NCBI GenBank assembly: GCA_964607165.1
Contig: CAZSIT010000005.1
Coordinates: forward strand, 13,492-77,491
Length of the DNA stretch: 64,000 nt
Source: an uncultured Ignavibacteria bacterium
Lineage (GTDB): Bacteria; Zixibacteria; MSB-5A5; DSPP01
Direction: 5' to 3'
In this document: positions 19,004 through 28,820 of the stretch, in pieces
Layout: the number at the start of each line of letters is the position of its first letter
Numbering within the stretch: position 1 is the first letter of the stretch
The notes under the pieces: generated by a model
Database searches by the model: none
What the model was told of the DNA's origin: nothing
The model's input: only the letters and a program-made list of their open reading frames with translations
Program-made: the position numbers and the translations under genes

Positions 19004-20507
19004 CCTGTTTTCCGCCCAAATGCCTATGCCGCTTAAAAAAGAGGAAATTTTGAAGCTTATGCCCCAAGCCAAACTGATAGGAAAACTGCCGGGTGAATTT
19101 TTGGCGGTTGAATGTGATTCGCGCAAAGTCGTTCCCAACTCCCTCTTTTTCGCCATACCCGGCTTTAAGCAGGATGGCCGTCGGTTTGTCCCGGATGCGG
19201 TCAAGCGCGGCGCAACCGCCGTAGTCTCGGTAGATTTCGGTTTGGAGAATGAGGTTGCCTGGATTGTGGTTCCGGATGTTCGCAATGCCTTGGCGCAAGT
19301 TTCCCATCTGGCTTATCGGTATCCGACCAATTCTTTGACTCTTTTTGCCGTCACCGGAACAAACGGCAAGACCACCGTGTCGTATTTAATGCGTTCGATT
19401 TTGGAAAAAGCGGGCCTAACGCCCGCGCTTTTGGGCACCATCGCCTACGAATTTGGCTCCGATTCGACTCCGGCTTGGAATACCACTCCGGAGTCTCTCG
19501 ATTTAGCCCGCTTCTTCTACAACGTGGTTGGGCGAGGGGGAAAATCTGCCTCGATGGAAGTTTCCTCGCATGCTTTGGCTTTAGGCCGCGTAGATGGGAT
19601 TATGTTTGACGTCGCAGTTTTTACCAATTTGACCCGTGACCACCTCGATTTCCACAAAACAATCGAAATTTACCGGGAGGAAAAACTCAAACTTTTCACC
19701 CGTCATCTCAAACCAAACGGCAAAGCAGTTTTGAACATGGATTCAAACGAGTTTGAATTTTTCCGCGCCTTAACCAAGGGAGAAATTTTCACTTATTCTG
19801 TGGAAAGTTCAAAAGCTGATCTGTTCTGCACCCGATACGGCTATGTGACCGACGGAACCGAAATCGAGCTAACTTTTCGCGGGCAGAAATTCAATGTCTC
19901 CTCGCCCTTGGTCGGCCCGTTTAACTTGCAAAACCTTTTAGCGGCGGCGGCGGCTGGCCTGGCTTATGGCTTTACTCCTCAAGTTGTAAAAGTTGGCTTG
20001 GAAAAGTCGCCGTCCGTTCCGGGAAGGGTGGAACGGATTAAAATGGGCCAGCCTTTCCCGGTAGTGGTCGATTACGCGCATACTCCGGATGGCATCGAGC
20101 AAATCTTAAAATTGGCGCGTTTTTTCAATCCCAAGCGGGTGCTTATCGCTTTCGGCTGCGGCGGAGACCGGGATAAAGGCAAGCGCCCCTTGATGGGGCA
20201 AGTGGCCGAAAAATATGCGGATTTTATTTTTCTCACCTCCGACAACCCCCGTACCGAGCCGCCGGAGCAAATCATCGAAGACACCCTGGCCGGCTTTTCC
20301 GACCGTTCCAAGGTTCGCGTCATTGTTGACCGCAAAGAGGCGTTGTTTGAAATGGTGAAGGCTGCTCGGGAAGGCGACTTTCTGGTCGCCTGCGGTAAGG
20401 GGCACGAAGTTTATCAGCAAATCGGCGATAAAAAAATTCCATTTGATGACCGGGAAGTTTTGAAAGAAGCGTTAAAGCAGAGGGGTTATGCTGGCAGCGG
20501 CGACTGA
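18996..20507 (+). CDS. murE: UDP-N-acetylmuramoyl-tripeptide--2,6-diaminopimelate ligase.
   Basis: It carries Mur ligase motifs (GTNGKTT, DNPR). Confidence 0.92.
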   Translation: MNDLFSAQMPMPLKKEEILKLMPQAKLIGKLPGEFLAVECDSRKVVPNSLFFAIPGFKQDGRRFVPDAVKRGATAVVSVDFGLENEVAWIVVPDVRNALAQVSHLAYRYPTNSLTLFAVTGTNGKTTVSYLMRSILEKAGLTPALLGTIAYEFGSDSTPAWNTTPESLDLARFFYNVVGRGGKSASMEVSSHALALGRVDGIMFDVAVFTNLTRDHLDFHKTIEIYREEKLKLFTRHLKPNGKAVLNMDSNEFEFFRALTKGEIFTYSVESSKADLFCTRYGYVTDGTEIELTFRGQKFNVSSPLVGPFNLQNLLAAAAAGLAYGFTPQVVKVGLEKSPSVPGRVERIKMGQPFPVVVDYAHTPDGIEQILKLARFFNPKRVLIAFGCGGDRDKGKRPLMGQVAEKYADFIFLTSDNPRTEPPEQIIEDTLAGFSDRSKVRVIVDRKEALFEMVKAAREGDFLVACGKGHEVYQQIGDKKIPFDDREVLKEALKQRGYAGSGD

Positions 20508-21948
20508 TTGGACCAAGATGGCTAAACAAAGCCCATCTTATCGCGTAAGCTTTGGCGAAGCGGGCGGGCTTTCTGCGGGCCAAATTACTTGGGCTACAAA
20601 GGGAGAGCTGGTAGGCGTAAGCCGGGATGAGAAATTTTCGGCTATCACGACTGATACCCGCGAGCTTGTTGCCGGTGACATCTTTTTCGCCCTTCCGGGC
20701 GAAAAGACCGACGGCCATAGATTTCTTCAAAAGGCGTTCGCGGCCGGTGCGGGCCTGGCCGTCGTATCAAAAAGTTGGCATACTCAAAATCGCTCGGTTG
20801 AAAAGCCGCTCTTGGTTGTTGCGGATACCTTGCAGGCATTGGGAGATTTGGCCGCCTGGTATCGCGGGCGCTTCACGTTAAAAGTGGCTGGCATAACCGG
20901 TTCCTCCGGTAAAACTACGGCCAAAGAAATGACTTTTCAGGCCTTGTCCACCAGTTTCATGGCCACAGGCTCTCTGGGAAACTTCAATAACTTGATAGGT
21001 CTGCCTTTGTCCGTTTTCACCTTGAAGAAAGAGCACCGGGCAGCCGTTTATGAGCTCGGAATCAGTAAAAAAGGGGAGATGGCTCGGCTCACCTTAATCT
21101 GCCGTCCGGACTACGGCGTAGTTTTAAATATCTCAGAAGCTCACCTTAAAGGTTTGGGAACCAAAGAAAAAGTGATGGAAGCCAAGCTGGAACTGGCCCT
21201 TGGCCTGCCTCCCGGCGGAACTCTTTTTCTGAACGCTGACGACCCGATGCTTTCCACCTATCTTGCCCTGAAAGAAATAAATGTCCGCTGGTTCGGTATC
21301 GAGAAGAAAGCCGACTTCCGGGCTACCGAATTGAGATTGAATGCTTTTGGCGGTTACGACTTCCTATATAATGGTAAACTTTCGGTAACGCTTTCCATCC
21401 TCGGCCGCCACCAAATTTACAACGCCTTGGTTGCTTTAGCTCTTTGTGAAGCACTGGGTGCCGATTTGGAAAAAGCAAGACAAACTCTATCAGGATTTCA
21501 TCCGGTTGCCTGGCGGATGGAATTGGAACGGGTTGCCGGCCTTACGATTTTAAACGACAGCTACAATGCCAACCCCGACTCTATGCGGGCCGCTTTAGCT
21601 ACCTTAGCCGAGCAAAAAGCGGCCCGCAGGGTGGCCTGCCTGGGAGATATGAAAGAGTTGGGGGAGAAGTCAAAATCTTTGCATGCGGAAGTAGGTAAGA
21701 CTGCCGCTTCTTTTGGCTTGGACTTGCTGATTGTGGTCGGTCTGGAGTCGAAAGCTCTGGCCGATGCGGCTCTTGCTTCGGGAATGGATTCCAAAAGAGT
21801 TTTTTGGTTTGTTTCTCAAAAAGAAGCGCTGGATTTCTTGCTTGGCTTTGTCCGTTCCGGCGATATGGTTTTGGTAAAAGCCTCGCGCGGCACCGGCCTG
21901 GATTTGCTGGTTCAGGGTTTAAAGGAAGGGTTCGGGGGGAGGAACTAA
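20488..21948 (+). CDS. murF: UDP-MurNAc-tripeptide--D-alanyl-D-alanine ligase.
   Basis: It has the Mur ligase fold (GSSGKTT) in MurF position. The ATG at 20488 has a GAGGGG Shine-Dalgarno 5 nt upstream. Confidence 0.9.
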   Translation: MLAAATDWTKMAKQSPSYRVSFGEAGGLSAGQITWATKGELVGVSRDEKFSAITTDTRELVAGDIFFALPGEKTDGHRFLQKAFAAGAGLAVVSKSWHTQNRSVEKPLLVVADTLQALGDLAAWYRGRFTLKVAGITGSSGKTTAKEMTFQALSTSFMATGSLGNFNNLIGLPLSVFTLKKEHRAAVYELGISKKGEMARLTLICRPDYGVVLNISEAHLKGLGTKEKVMEAKLELALGLPPGGTLFLNADDPMLSTYLALKEINVRWFGIEKKADFRATELRLNAFGGYDFLYNGKLSVTLSILGRHQIYNALVALALCEALGADLEKARQTLSGFHPVAWRMELERVAGLTILNDSYNANPDSMRAALATLAEQKAARRVACLGDMKELGEKSKSLHAEVGKTAASFGLDLLIVVGLESKALADAALASGMDSKRVFWFVSQKEALDFLLGFVRSGDMVLVKASRGTGLDLLVQGLKEGFGGRN

Positions 21949-23033
21949 TGCTCTATCACCTCCTCTATCCCCTGGCGGATTACATCTCCGGTTTCAATAT
22001 TTTTCGTTACATCACTTTCCGCACGGCCAACGCTACAGTTACGGCCCTCTTTATCGCCTGGATTTTAGGGCCCTATTTCATCCGCAAACTGGCCCAAATG
22101 CAGCTGAAGGAAAAAATTCGCGAGGAAGGGCCGGAAAGCCATCAATCCAAAGCTGGAACCCCCACGATGGGAGGGCTTATCATCCTGGCGGCGATTTTGA
22201 TTCCGACCCTGCTCTGGGCCAACCTGACCAATCGCTACATCCAGCTTATCGTTTTGGCTACCCTTTGGACCGGGGCCGTCGGTTTTATGGATGATTATCT
22301 GAAAGTCATCAAACATCAGAAAAAAGGGATGGTGGCGCGCAAAAAATTCTCCGCTCAAATTCTATTGGGCCTGCTTTTCGGCACCGCGCTCTATTTCTTT
22401 CCCCCTTCAGCCGGTTTCACTCCCGATACCGATATCCCGTTTTTTAAAAACTACTACATCCCCTTCGGCCCGTTTTATATCCCCTTTGTGATGCTGATAA
22501 TCACCGGCGCTTCCAACGCCGTCAATTTAGCCGACGGTTTGGACGGGCTGGCCATCGGATTATGCGGCATCTGTTTTATGGCTTTAGCCGGCCTGGCTTA
22601 CGTCACCGGCCGCGTCGATTTTTCCGGCTACCTAACCATCACCTATTTGGAAGGGGCGGGCGAGTTGACTGTTTTCTGCGGCGCGGTGATGGGCGCTGCT
22701 TTGGGTTTTCTCTGGTTCAATTCCTACCCGGCGCAGGTCTTTATGGGAGATACCGGCTCTTTGTCTTTAGGGGGCTCGCTGGGCGCCGTGGCGGTGCTTT
22801 TAAAAAAAGAGATGCTCCTGGTAATTCTGGGGGGGGTCTTCGTGGCCGAAGCGTTATCAGTCATTTTGCAGGTGGGCTCTTTTAAGTTGAGGGGCAAGCG
22901 GATTTTCAAAATGGCTCCCCTCCATCACCACTTCGAGCTTTCCGGCTGGCCGGAGTCGAAGGTGGTCGTCCGCTTCTGGATTTTAGGGGCGCTTTTTGCC
23001 TTGTTAACCTTAAGCACGTTGAAAATTAGATAA
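21948..23033 (+). CDS. mraY: Phospho-N-acetylmuramoyl-pentapeptide transferase.
   Basis: It has MraY motifs (NAVNLADGLDGLA, MGDTGSL). Its ATG overlaps the murF stop as TAATG. Confidence 0.92.
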   Translation: MLYHLLYPLADYISGFNIFRYITFRTANATVTALFIAWILGPYFIRKLAQMQLKEKIREEGPESHQSKAGTPTMGGLIILAAILIPTLLWANLTNRYIQLIVLATLWTGAVGFMDDYLKVIKHQKKGMVARKKFSAQILLGLLFGTALYFFPPSAGFTPDTDIPFFKNYYIPFGPFYIPFVMLIITGASNAVNLADGLDGLAIGLCGICFMALAGLAYVTGRVDFSGYLTITYLEGAGELTVFCGAVMGAALGFLWFNSYPAQVFMGDTGSLSLGGSLGAVAVLLKKEMLLVILGGVFVAEALSVILQVGSFKLRGKRIFKMAPLHHHFELSGWPESKVVVRFWILGALFALLTLSTLKIR

Positions 23034-24436
23034 TGCCCTATCATCCCGAACGTATAAAAGGAAAACAAATCACTATCTTGGGAATGGCCCGCTCCGGCAT
23101 CGCTTTGGCCAAGTTGGTTAAACAGTTCGGCGCAACCCCCTTTGTTTCCGACCAAAAAGAGGCGAACGCTTTGGCGGAGTCGCTTTCTGATCTGCAAAAA
23201 CTGGGGGTAGTTTACGAAACCGGCGGGCATACTTCTGCCTGTCTGGATGGCAAAGACTTTTTGGTGGTAAGCCCCGGCGTGCCCAAAGATGCTCCGATTT
23301 TAGAACAAGCCCAAAGTCGCGGGTTGCCGATTTTCGGCGAGATTGAAGTTGCCTACTGGCTTTGCAAATCGCCAATCATTGCTGTTACCGGCTCGAACGG
23401 AAAAACTACTACGACCGCTTGGTTGGGAAATATTTTTTCCTCTTCTGGAGTTTCCACCAAAGTTGCCGGCAACATCGGCCTGCCCTTTTCAGCCGTAGTT
23501 GCCGAAAAAACTTTTTATCAAATGATTGTTTTGGAAATCTCGTCGTTTCAATTGGAATATATCGAAGAGTTCGCCCCGGAAATTAGCCTGTTTTTAAACC
23601 TGTCGCCCGATCATCTCGACCGCTATGCGAGTTTTGAAGAATACCGGGCGGCCAAGTTGCGCATCTTTGAAAACTTTGTCCCCGGCAAAAAAACGGTTTT
23701 GAATTATGACGACGCTTTCCTGCGGAATTATGCCGGGAGTTTAAAAGGGGGAGAGATTTATTTTTTCTCGACGAAAGAAAAAGTTTCTCCGGGGGCTTAT
23801 CTCGAAGGAGAACAGCTTGTTTTTGTCGGACCGAAAGGGAAAGTAGCGTTGGTTAAACAAGACGAACTTCCCATCAAAGGCCCGCACAACTGCGCCAACG
23901 CATTGGCCGCCGCAGCTGCGGCTTTGGCTTGGGGCTTGCCGGCTGAGGGAGTGATTAAAGGATTGTTAAGTTTCACCGGCGTGCCCCATCGCTTGGAGCC
24001 GGTCGCTACTATCAACGGCGTCAATTTTATCAACGACTCCAAAGCCACCAACGTCGATTCGGTCTGGTATGCTTTGCAATCCGTTAAGCCGCCCATCATC
24101 CTTATTGCCGGTGGCAAGGACAAAGGGGCCGGCTATGCGCCTTTGCGGGAGTATTTCCCAGGCCGGGTCAAAGCAATGGTTCTGATTGGACAGGCCAAAA
24201 ATTTAATCCGTCAGACACTGGGAGATCTGGCGCCAGCTTATGAAGCGGCCATTTTACCCGAAGCGGTCGAGAAAGCTTTTGATTTAGCCAAAGCCGGCGA
24301 TACGGTTCTCTTTTCCCCGGCCTGTTCCTCCTTCGATATGTTTACCAATTTCGAAGAGAGGGGAGAGGTTTTTAAAAAAACGGTTATGGAAATAAAGCGC
24401 AGAGTGGAGAAAAAATGGAAAACCGCTGGGGCTTAG
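23033..24436 (+). CDS. murD: UDP-N-acetylmuramoylalanine--D-glutamate ligase.
   Basis: It has MurD-specific N-terminal and Mur ligase motifs (GSNGKTTT). Confidence 0.92.
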   Translation: MPYHPERIKGKQITILGMARSGIALAKLVKQFGATPFVSDQKEANALAESLSDLQKLGVVYETGGHTSACLDGKDFLVVSPGVPKDAPILEQAQSRGLPIFGEIEVAYWLCKSPIIAVTGSNGKTTTTAWLGNIFSSSGVSTKVAGNIGLPFSAVVAEKTFYQMIVLEISSFQLEYIEEFAPEISLFLNLSPDHLDRYASFEEYRAAKLRIFENFVPGKKTVLNYDDAFLRNYAGSLKGGEIYFFSTKEKVSPGAYLEGEQLVFVGPKGKVALVKQDELPIKGPHNCANALAAAAAALAWGLPAEGVIKGLLSFTGVPHRLEPVATINGVNFINDSKATNVDSVWYALQSVKPPIILIAGGKDKGAGYAPLREYFPGRVKAMVLIGQAKNLIRQTLGDLAPAYEAAILPEAVEKAFDLAKAGDTVLFSPACSSFDMFTNFEERGEVFKKTVMEIKRRVEKKWKTAGA

Positions 24437-25548
24437 ATTTTTTTCTTTTGACCGTGGTTCTGATTTTGATGAGCGTCGGCGTGGTGATGGTCTATTCCTC
24501 CTCCCATTTCATCGCCGAGAAAAGGTTCGACTCGCCTCACTTTTTCCTCCTGCGCCAGCTGGTCTGGAGTCTAATCGCTATGGGCGCCATCTTCGTTCTC
24601 TCACGCATTGACTATCATCTCTATCGCAAAATCGCCCTGCCGCTTTTGGCCATCGCTTTTGTCCTGTTGGTGGCGGTACTTTTTGCCCGGCCGATCAAGG
24701 GAGCGCATCGCTGGATTACCTTTAAAGCTTTCCAATTTCAGCCTTCTGAATTTTTCAAGTTTGCACTGGCTGTTTATCTCGCCCACTCCCTGGCCAAGCG
24801 CTCCGGCCGGGTCAGAGAATGGCGCTATCTTTTGATTCCCTATGCCCCCATTCTCTTTTTGGCTTTCTTTTTAATAATGAAAGAGCCGGACCTGGGCACG
24901 TTTATCACCATCGCCTGCATGACTTTTCTGGGTCTGTTTGTAGTCGGCGCCCGGATTAAACAGATGGCCATGGTAACTATTCCTGTGGTTCTGGCGGGAT
25001 TAATTCTGGTTTTCGGTTTCGGCTACAAAAAGACCCGGGTACTGGATTACGCCCGCTCTTTTGCCGACCCGGCGGAGGGGAGCTATCAGGTCAAACAGGC
25101 AGTTTTAGCTTTGGGTTCCGGCGGAGTGTTTGGACAGGGCTTAGGAGAAGGGCATCAAAAAATGTTTTATCTGCCGGAACCGCACACCGATTTTATTTTT
25201 GCTTCCATCGGCGAAGAGGGCGGCTTTGTCGGTCTGGCCATCCTGCTCTTTTTCTTCCTGGTTTTAATCTGGCGGGGCTGGATGATTGCCGTCCGCGCTC
25301 CGGACCTGTTCGGTTTCCTTTTGGCTTTTATTCTGACGGCTTCAATTTTTGTTTCGGTAGTTCTGAATGTGGCCGTCGTTACCGGCTTGGTTCCAACCAC
25401 CGGGATTCCGCTGCCCTTTTTGAGCTACGGCGGCAGCTCTCTTTTAGTGGTGGCTCTTTCCATTGGAGTTTTGCAAAATATCGCTGCTCAATCCAAGCTG
25501 TATGAAGCCGCCCGCGCTGCCAGGGAAAGGAGAAGCCGCTTTGCGTAA
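24415..25548 (+). CDS. ftsW: Peptidoglycan glycosyltransferase FtsW (SEDS family).
   Basis: It has 10-TM SEDS topology and conserved SEDS motifs. Confidence 0.9.
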   Translation: MENRWGLDFFLLTVVLILMSVGVVMVYSSSHFIAEKRFDSPHFFLLRQLVWSLIAMGAIFVLSRIDYHLYRKIALPLLAIAFVLLVAVLFARPIKGAHRWITFKAFQFQPSEFFKFALAVYLAHSLAKRSGRVREWRYLLIPYAPILFLAFFLIMKEPDLGTFITIACMTFLGLFVVGARIKQMAMVTIPVVLAGLILVFGFGYKKTRVLDYARSFADPAEGSYQVKQAVLALGSGGVFGQGLGEGHQKMFYLPEPHTDFIFASIGEEGGFVGLAILLFFFLVLIWRGWMIAVRAPDLFGFLLAFILTASIFVSVVLNVAVVTGLVPTTGIPLPFLSYGGSSLLVVALSIGVLQNIAAQSKLYEAARAARERRSRFA

Positions 25549-26686
25549 GGTTTTGTTTGCCGGCGGCGGCACCGGCGGGCATATCTATCCTGCCTTAGCT
25601 ATGGCACAGGAACTGGCTGCCCGTTTCCCCGGTTTCCAGCCGGTTTTTGTCGGCCGGGCCGGCGGGCCGGAAGAAAAAATTGTCCCCGCGGCCGGCTTTG
25701 AACTGTTCACCTTAAAGGTGGCCGGAATTGCCCGCTTCTGGTCGCTCAGAAATTTGCTTGTTCCGCTCAAACTTTTGGGTGCGTTGTTGGCCGCCCGCAA
25801 ACTGCTCAATAAGCTCTGCCCTTCGGTGGTAGTCGGCACCGGCGGCTATGTCTCCTTCCCGGTTTTGTTCTGGGCGCAGTGGAAAAAAGTCCCGAATATT
25901 TTACAGGAGCAGAATTCCGTTCCCGGGTTGGTAACCCGTTTGTTGGCCCCGCGCGCCAATCTGGTCTTTCTCGGTTTTGCCGAATCGGCCCGCTTTTTCT
26001 CCAAACTGGAAAACCTGCTCTACGCCGGCAATCCGGTGCGGCCCAATCTAAACAAGAAAAGGGAAGAGGGAGCAGCAGTGTTTGGTTTATCGCCGGATAA
26101 AAAAACCGTTTTCATATTTGGCGGCAGCCAAGGAGCACGCAAGCTGAACGAAGCGGTCAGGAGTTGGGTTTCGACTGGAAATACTTCCAGCTTTCAGATT
26201 CTTTGGCAAACCGGCTTGCGCTGGTTTCAAGAACACGAAACTCAATTGAATCAAAGTCCCAATTGTGTGGTTGTCCGCCCCTACATCGATGATATGGCCG
26301 CCGCCTATGCCTGCGCCGATTTGGTCGTCTGCCGCGCGGGGGCTTTGTCGATTGCCGAATTGAGCGCTTTGGGAAAGCCCTCAATTTTAATTCCCTACGA
26401 ATTAGCCGCTGCCGACCACCAAACCAAAAATGCCGAAGCTTTGGTGCGTGTTGGCGGAGCCTTTTTGCTCAAGGAAAAAGAGTTGGGTTCCGGAATTTTG
26501 GCCGAAAAGATTACAGAGTTGTTGAATGACCCAAACGGACTTAAGAAAATGTCTCAAAAATCAAAGCAATTCGGCCGGCCGGAAGCGGCCCGCCAGATGG
26601 CCGTGGAAATAGTGAAGTTGGCTTCAAAAGTTAAAATGGAGGAGGCTTCCGCGGCATGTCTAAACCCTAAGGAGGTGCAATGTTAA
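25541..26686 (+). CDS. murG: UDP-GlcNAc:lipid I GlcNAc transferase.
   Basis: Its N-terminus is GGGTGGHIYPALA. The TTG at 25541 is a plausible start overlapping the ftsW 3' end; the ORF's first ATG is far upstream inside ftsW. Confidence 0.9.
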   Translation: MRKVLFAGGGTGGHIYPALAMAQELAARFPGFQPVFVGRAGGPEEKIVPAAGFELFTLKVAGIARFWSLRNLLVPLKLLGALLAARKLLNKLCPSVVVGTGGYVSFPVLFWAQWKKVPNILQEQNSVPGLVTRLLAPRANLVFLGFAESARFFSKLENLLYAGNPVRPNLNKKREEGAAVFGLSPDKKTVFIFGGSQGARKLNEAVRSWVSTGNTSSFQILWQTGLRWFQEHETQLNQSPNCVVVRPYIDDMAAAYACADLVVCRAGALSIAELSALGKPSILIPYELAAADHQTKNAEALVRVGGAFLLKEKELGSGILAEKITELLNDPNGLKKMSQKSKQFGRPEAARQMAVEIVKLASKVKMEEASAACLNPKEVQC

Positions 26687-28098
26687 CTATGGTCAAAGAA
26701 AAAAGAGCCGCTCTTCCGGTTTTACGCAAAATAAAGAAGCTGCATTTTGTCGGCATCGGCGGCACCGGTATGTGCGGAATGGCCGAAGTTTTGTTCAATC
26801 TCGGTTATAAAATCAGCGGCTCCGATTTGGCTCCCTCGGAAGCGACCGAGCGTTTGGCCGGCTTGGGCATTCCGGTCACTTTTGGCCATAAGCCGGAAAA
26901 TGTAACGGGCGCCGACGTGGTGGTCGTTTCCTCCGCCGTTCGCGAAGAAAATCCGGAAGTGGCCGCCGCCCGCAAAAATAAAATTCCGGTTATCCGCCGG
27001 GCGGAAATGTTAGGCGAGTTGATGCGTATGAAATTCGGCATCGCCGTCTCGGGCACGCACGGGAAGACTACCACGACCTCAATGATTGGCCAGATTCTGT
27101 CCTCTGCCGGTTTGGACCCGACCATCGTGGTCGGCGGCCGGGTGGTCAACCTGGGCACAAACGCCCGTTTGGGGGAAGGGGAGTTTATGGTTTGCGAAGC
27201 GGACGAATACGACCGCTCCTTTTTAATGCTTTCGCCCCATATCGCCGTGGCGACCACATTGGAGGCGGACCATCTCGATTACTACAAAAATTTGGGCGAG
27301 ATTAAAGAGGCTTTCATTCAGTTCTTGAACAGCGTTCCGTTCTACGGTTCGATTGTGCTATGCGCCGATGAGCCGAATCTGTGCGCCATCGAGCCCGCTT
27401 TGACCCGACCGGTCATTCGCTACGGTGTTTCCTGTCCAATCGGCGAATGCGACTATTGTGCGGGTGGCGTCACGATGGAGGGTTTAACCACCCATTTTTT
27501 GCTCGAATCGAAATTTGGAGATAGCGAAAAGCTCTTTTTGCGCGTTCCCGGCCTGCACAACGTCAAAAACGCCTTGGCCGCCGCCATCGTCGGCCGGGAG
27601 CTGGGTCTTTCCTGGGAGAAAATTGCTTTAGGTCTTTCCGAATTTCGCGGCGTGCGCCGCCGCTTCGAGCTCAAAGGGGAAGGGCGCGGGGTGATTGTGG
27701 TGGACGATTACGCCCACCACCCCACCGAGATAGAAGCCACCTTGCGAGCCGCCCGCGCCGCTTTCCCCGGCCGGAATATCATCGCGGTATTCCAGCCCCA
27801 TCTCTTTTCGCGCACGCGTGATTTTGCCCTCGAATTTGCCGTGGCTTTGAAGGCGGCCGACCGCGTCGTTCTGACCGAAATCTACCCGTCCCGCGAGGAA
27901 CCGATTCCGGGTGTCAGCTCGGCTCTGATTGTTCAGGGTTTCGAAAAAGGCGGCTTTAAAAACTTCGATTTTGTGGCCCGCTGGGAGGAGGTGCCGGAGG
28001 TCTTGCTTCCCAAGCTTCAGAAAGGGGACGTCGTCATTACTTTGGGCGCCGGCTCCATTTACCGTGCCGCCGATAAGCTGGTGGAGCTTCTAAAGTGA
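26680..28098 (+). CDS. murC: UDP-N-acetylmuramate--L-alanine ligase.
   Basis: It carries MurC motifs (HFVGIGGTGM, GTHGKTTTT). Confidence 0.92.
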   Translation: MLTMVKEKRAALPVLRKIKKLHFVGIGGTGMCGMAEVLFNLGYKISGSDLAPSEATERLAGLGIPVTFGHKPENVTGADVVVVSSAVREENPEVAAARKNKIPVIRRAEMLGELMRMKFGIAVSGTHGKTTTTSMIGQILSSAGLDPTIVVGGRVVNLGTNARLGEGEFMVCEADEYDRSFLMLSPHIAVATTLEADHLDYYKNLGEIKEAFIQFLNSVPFYGSIVLCADEPNLCAIEPALTRPVIRYGVSCPIGECDYCAGGVTMEGLTTHFLLESKFGDSEKLFLRVPGLHNVKNALAAAIVGRELGLSWEKIALGLSEFRGVRRRFELKGEGRGVIVVDDYAHHPTEIEATLRAARAAFPGRNIIAVFQPHLFSRTRDFALEFAVALKAADRVVLTEIYPSREEPIPGVSSALIVQGFEKGGFKNFDFVARWEEVPEVLLPKLQKGDVVITLGAGSIYRAADKLVELLK

Positions 28099-28820
28099 GG
28101 CGAATTTTGCGCGACGCCGGTTTGGCCGGGCTTTTAGGAGTTTTTGCGCTACCCGGGTATTTCTACTTTGGTCCGCATCCGCCCATTGTCCGCCAAATTG
28201 AAGTGGAAGGAGCGGAGAAAATTCCGCCCGCCGAGATTGCCTGCAAACTGGAAAACTTGAAAGGCCGGCACTTTTCACACTTTTCCACTATAAAGGCCGC
28301 CCGCGCGGTTTTGAAAGACCGGCGCATCGAAAAAGTGGCGGTACGTTTTACTTTCCCAAATAAACTGATTGTCTGGGTCAAGGAGAAGAAATTCGATTTC
28401 ACTTTAGCTGCCGATAAACTCTACGGCCTTTCCGAAAAGCTGGAGATTTTTCCTTTGACTCCGGAAGATAAGATTGCCGGAAAATTAGTTGTCTCCGGCT
28501 GTGGATGGTTTAACGGCTGGTATTACGTTCCGGCAAAATCAGCGGCAATGGGGCGCTTTGCCAATTTTTTGCAGAACGTTCGCACGGAGTATCCGGAGTT
28601 TTTAGATAAGCTTTCACAGCTGGATTTTGAAGACCGCAACAACGTCAAAGTTTACTTTTTGGACACCGGCGCCGAAGTAAACTTGGGCGCTCCGCCCTAC
28701 GAGCCAAAACTTGTTTTATTAAAACAGCTTTTGGCAACCGGGGTTCCCGCCGGCAATCTGGATTTGCGCCAAAAAAATTCGGTGTACGCCTTCACCGGTT
28801 CTTCGGAAGGGGGAAAATGA
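28095..28820 (+). CDS. ftsQ: Cell division protein FtsQ.
   Basis: It is a single-TM protein with POTRA-like and FtsQ-type beta domains, positioned between murC and ftsA. Confidence 0.75.
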   Translation: MRRILRDAGLAGLLGVFALPGYFYFGPHPPIVRQIEVEGAEKIPPAEIACKLENLKGRHFSHFSTIKAARAVLKDRRIEKVAVRFTFPNKLIVWVKEKKFDFTLAADKLYGLSEKLEIFPLTPEDKIAGKLVVSGCGWFNGWYYVPAKSAAMGRFANFLQNVRTEYPEFLDKLSQLDFEDRNNVKVYFLDTGAEVNLGAPPYEPKLVLLKQLLATGVPAGNLDLRQKNSVYAFTGSSEGGK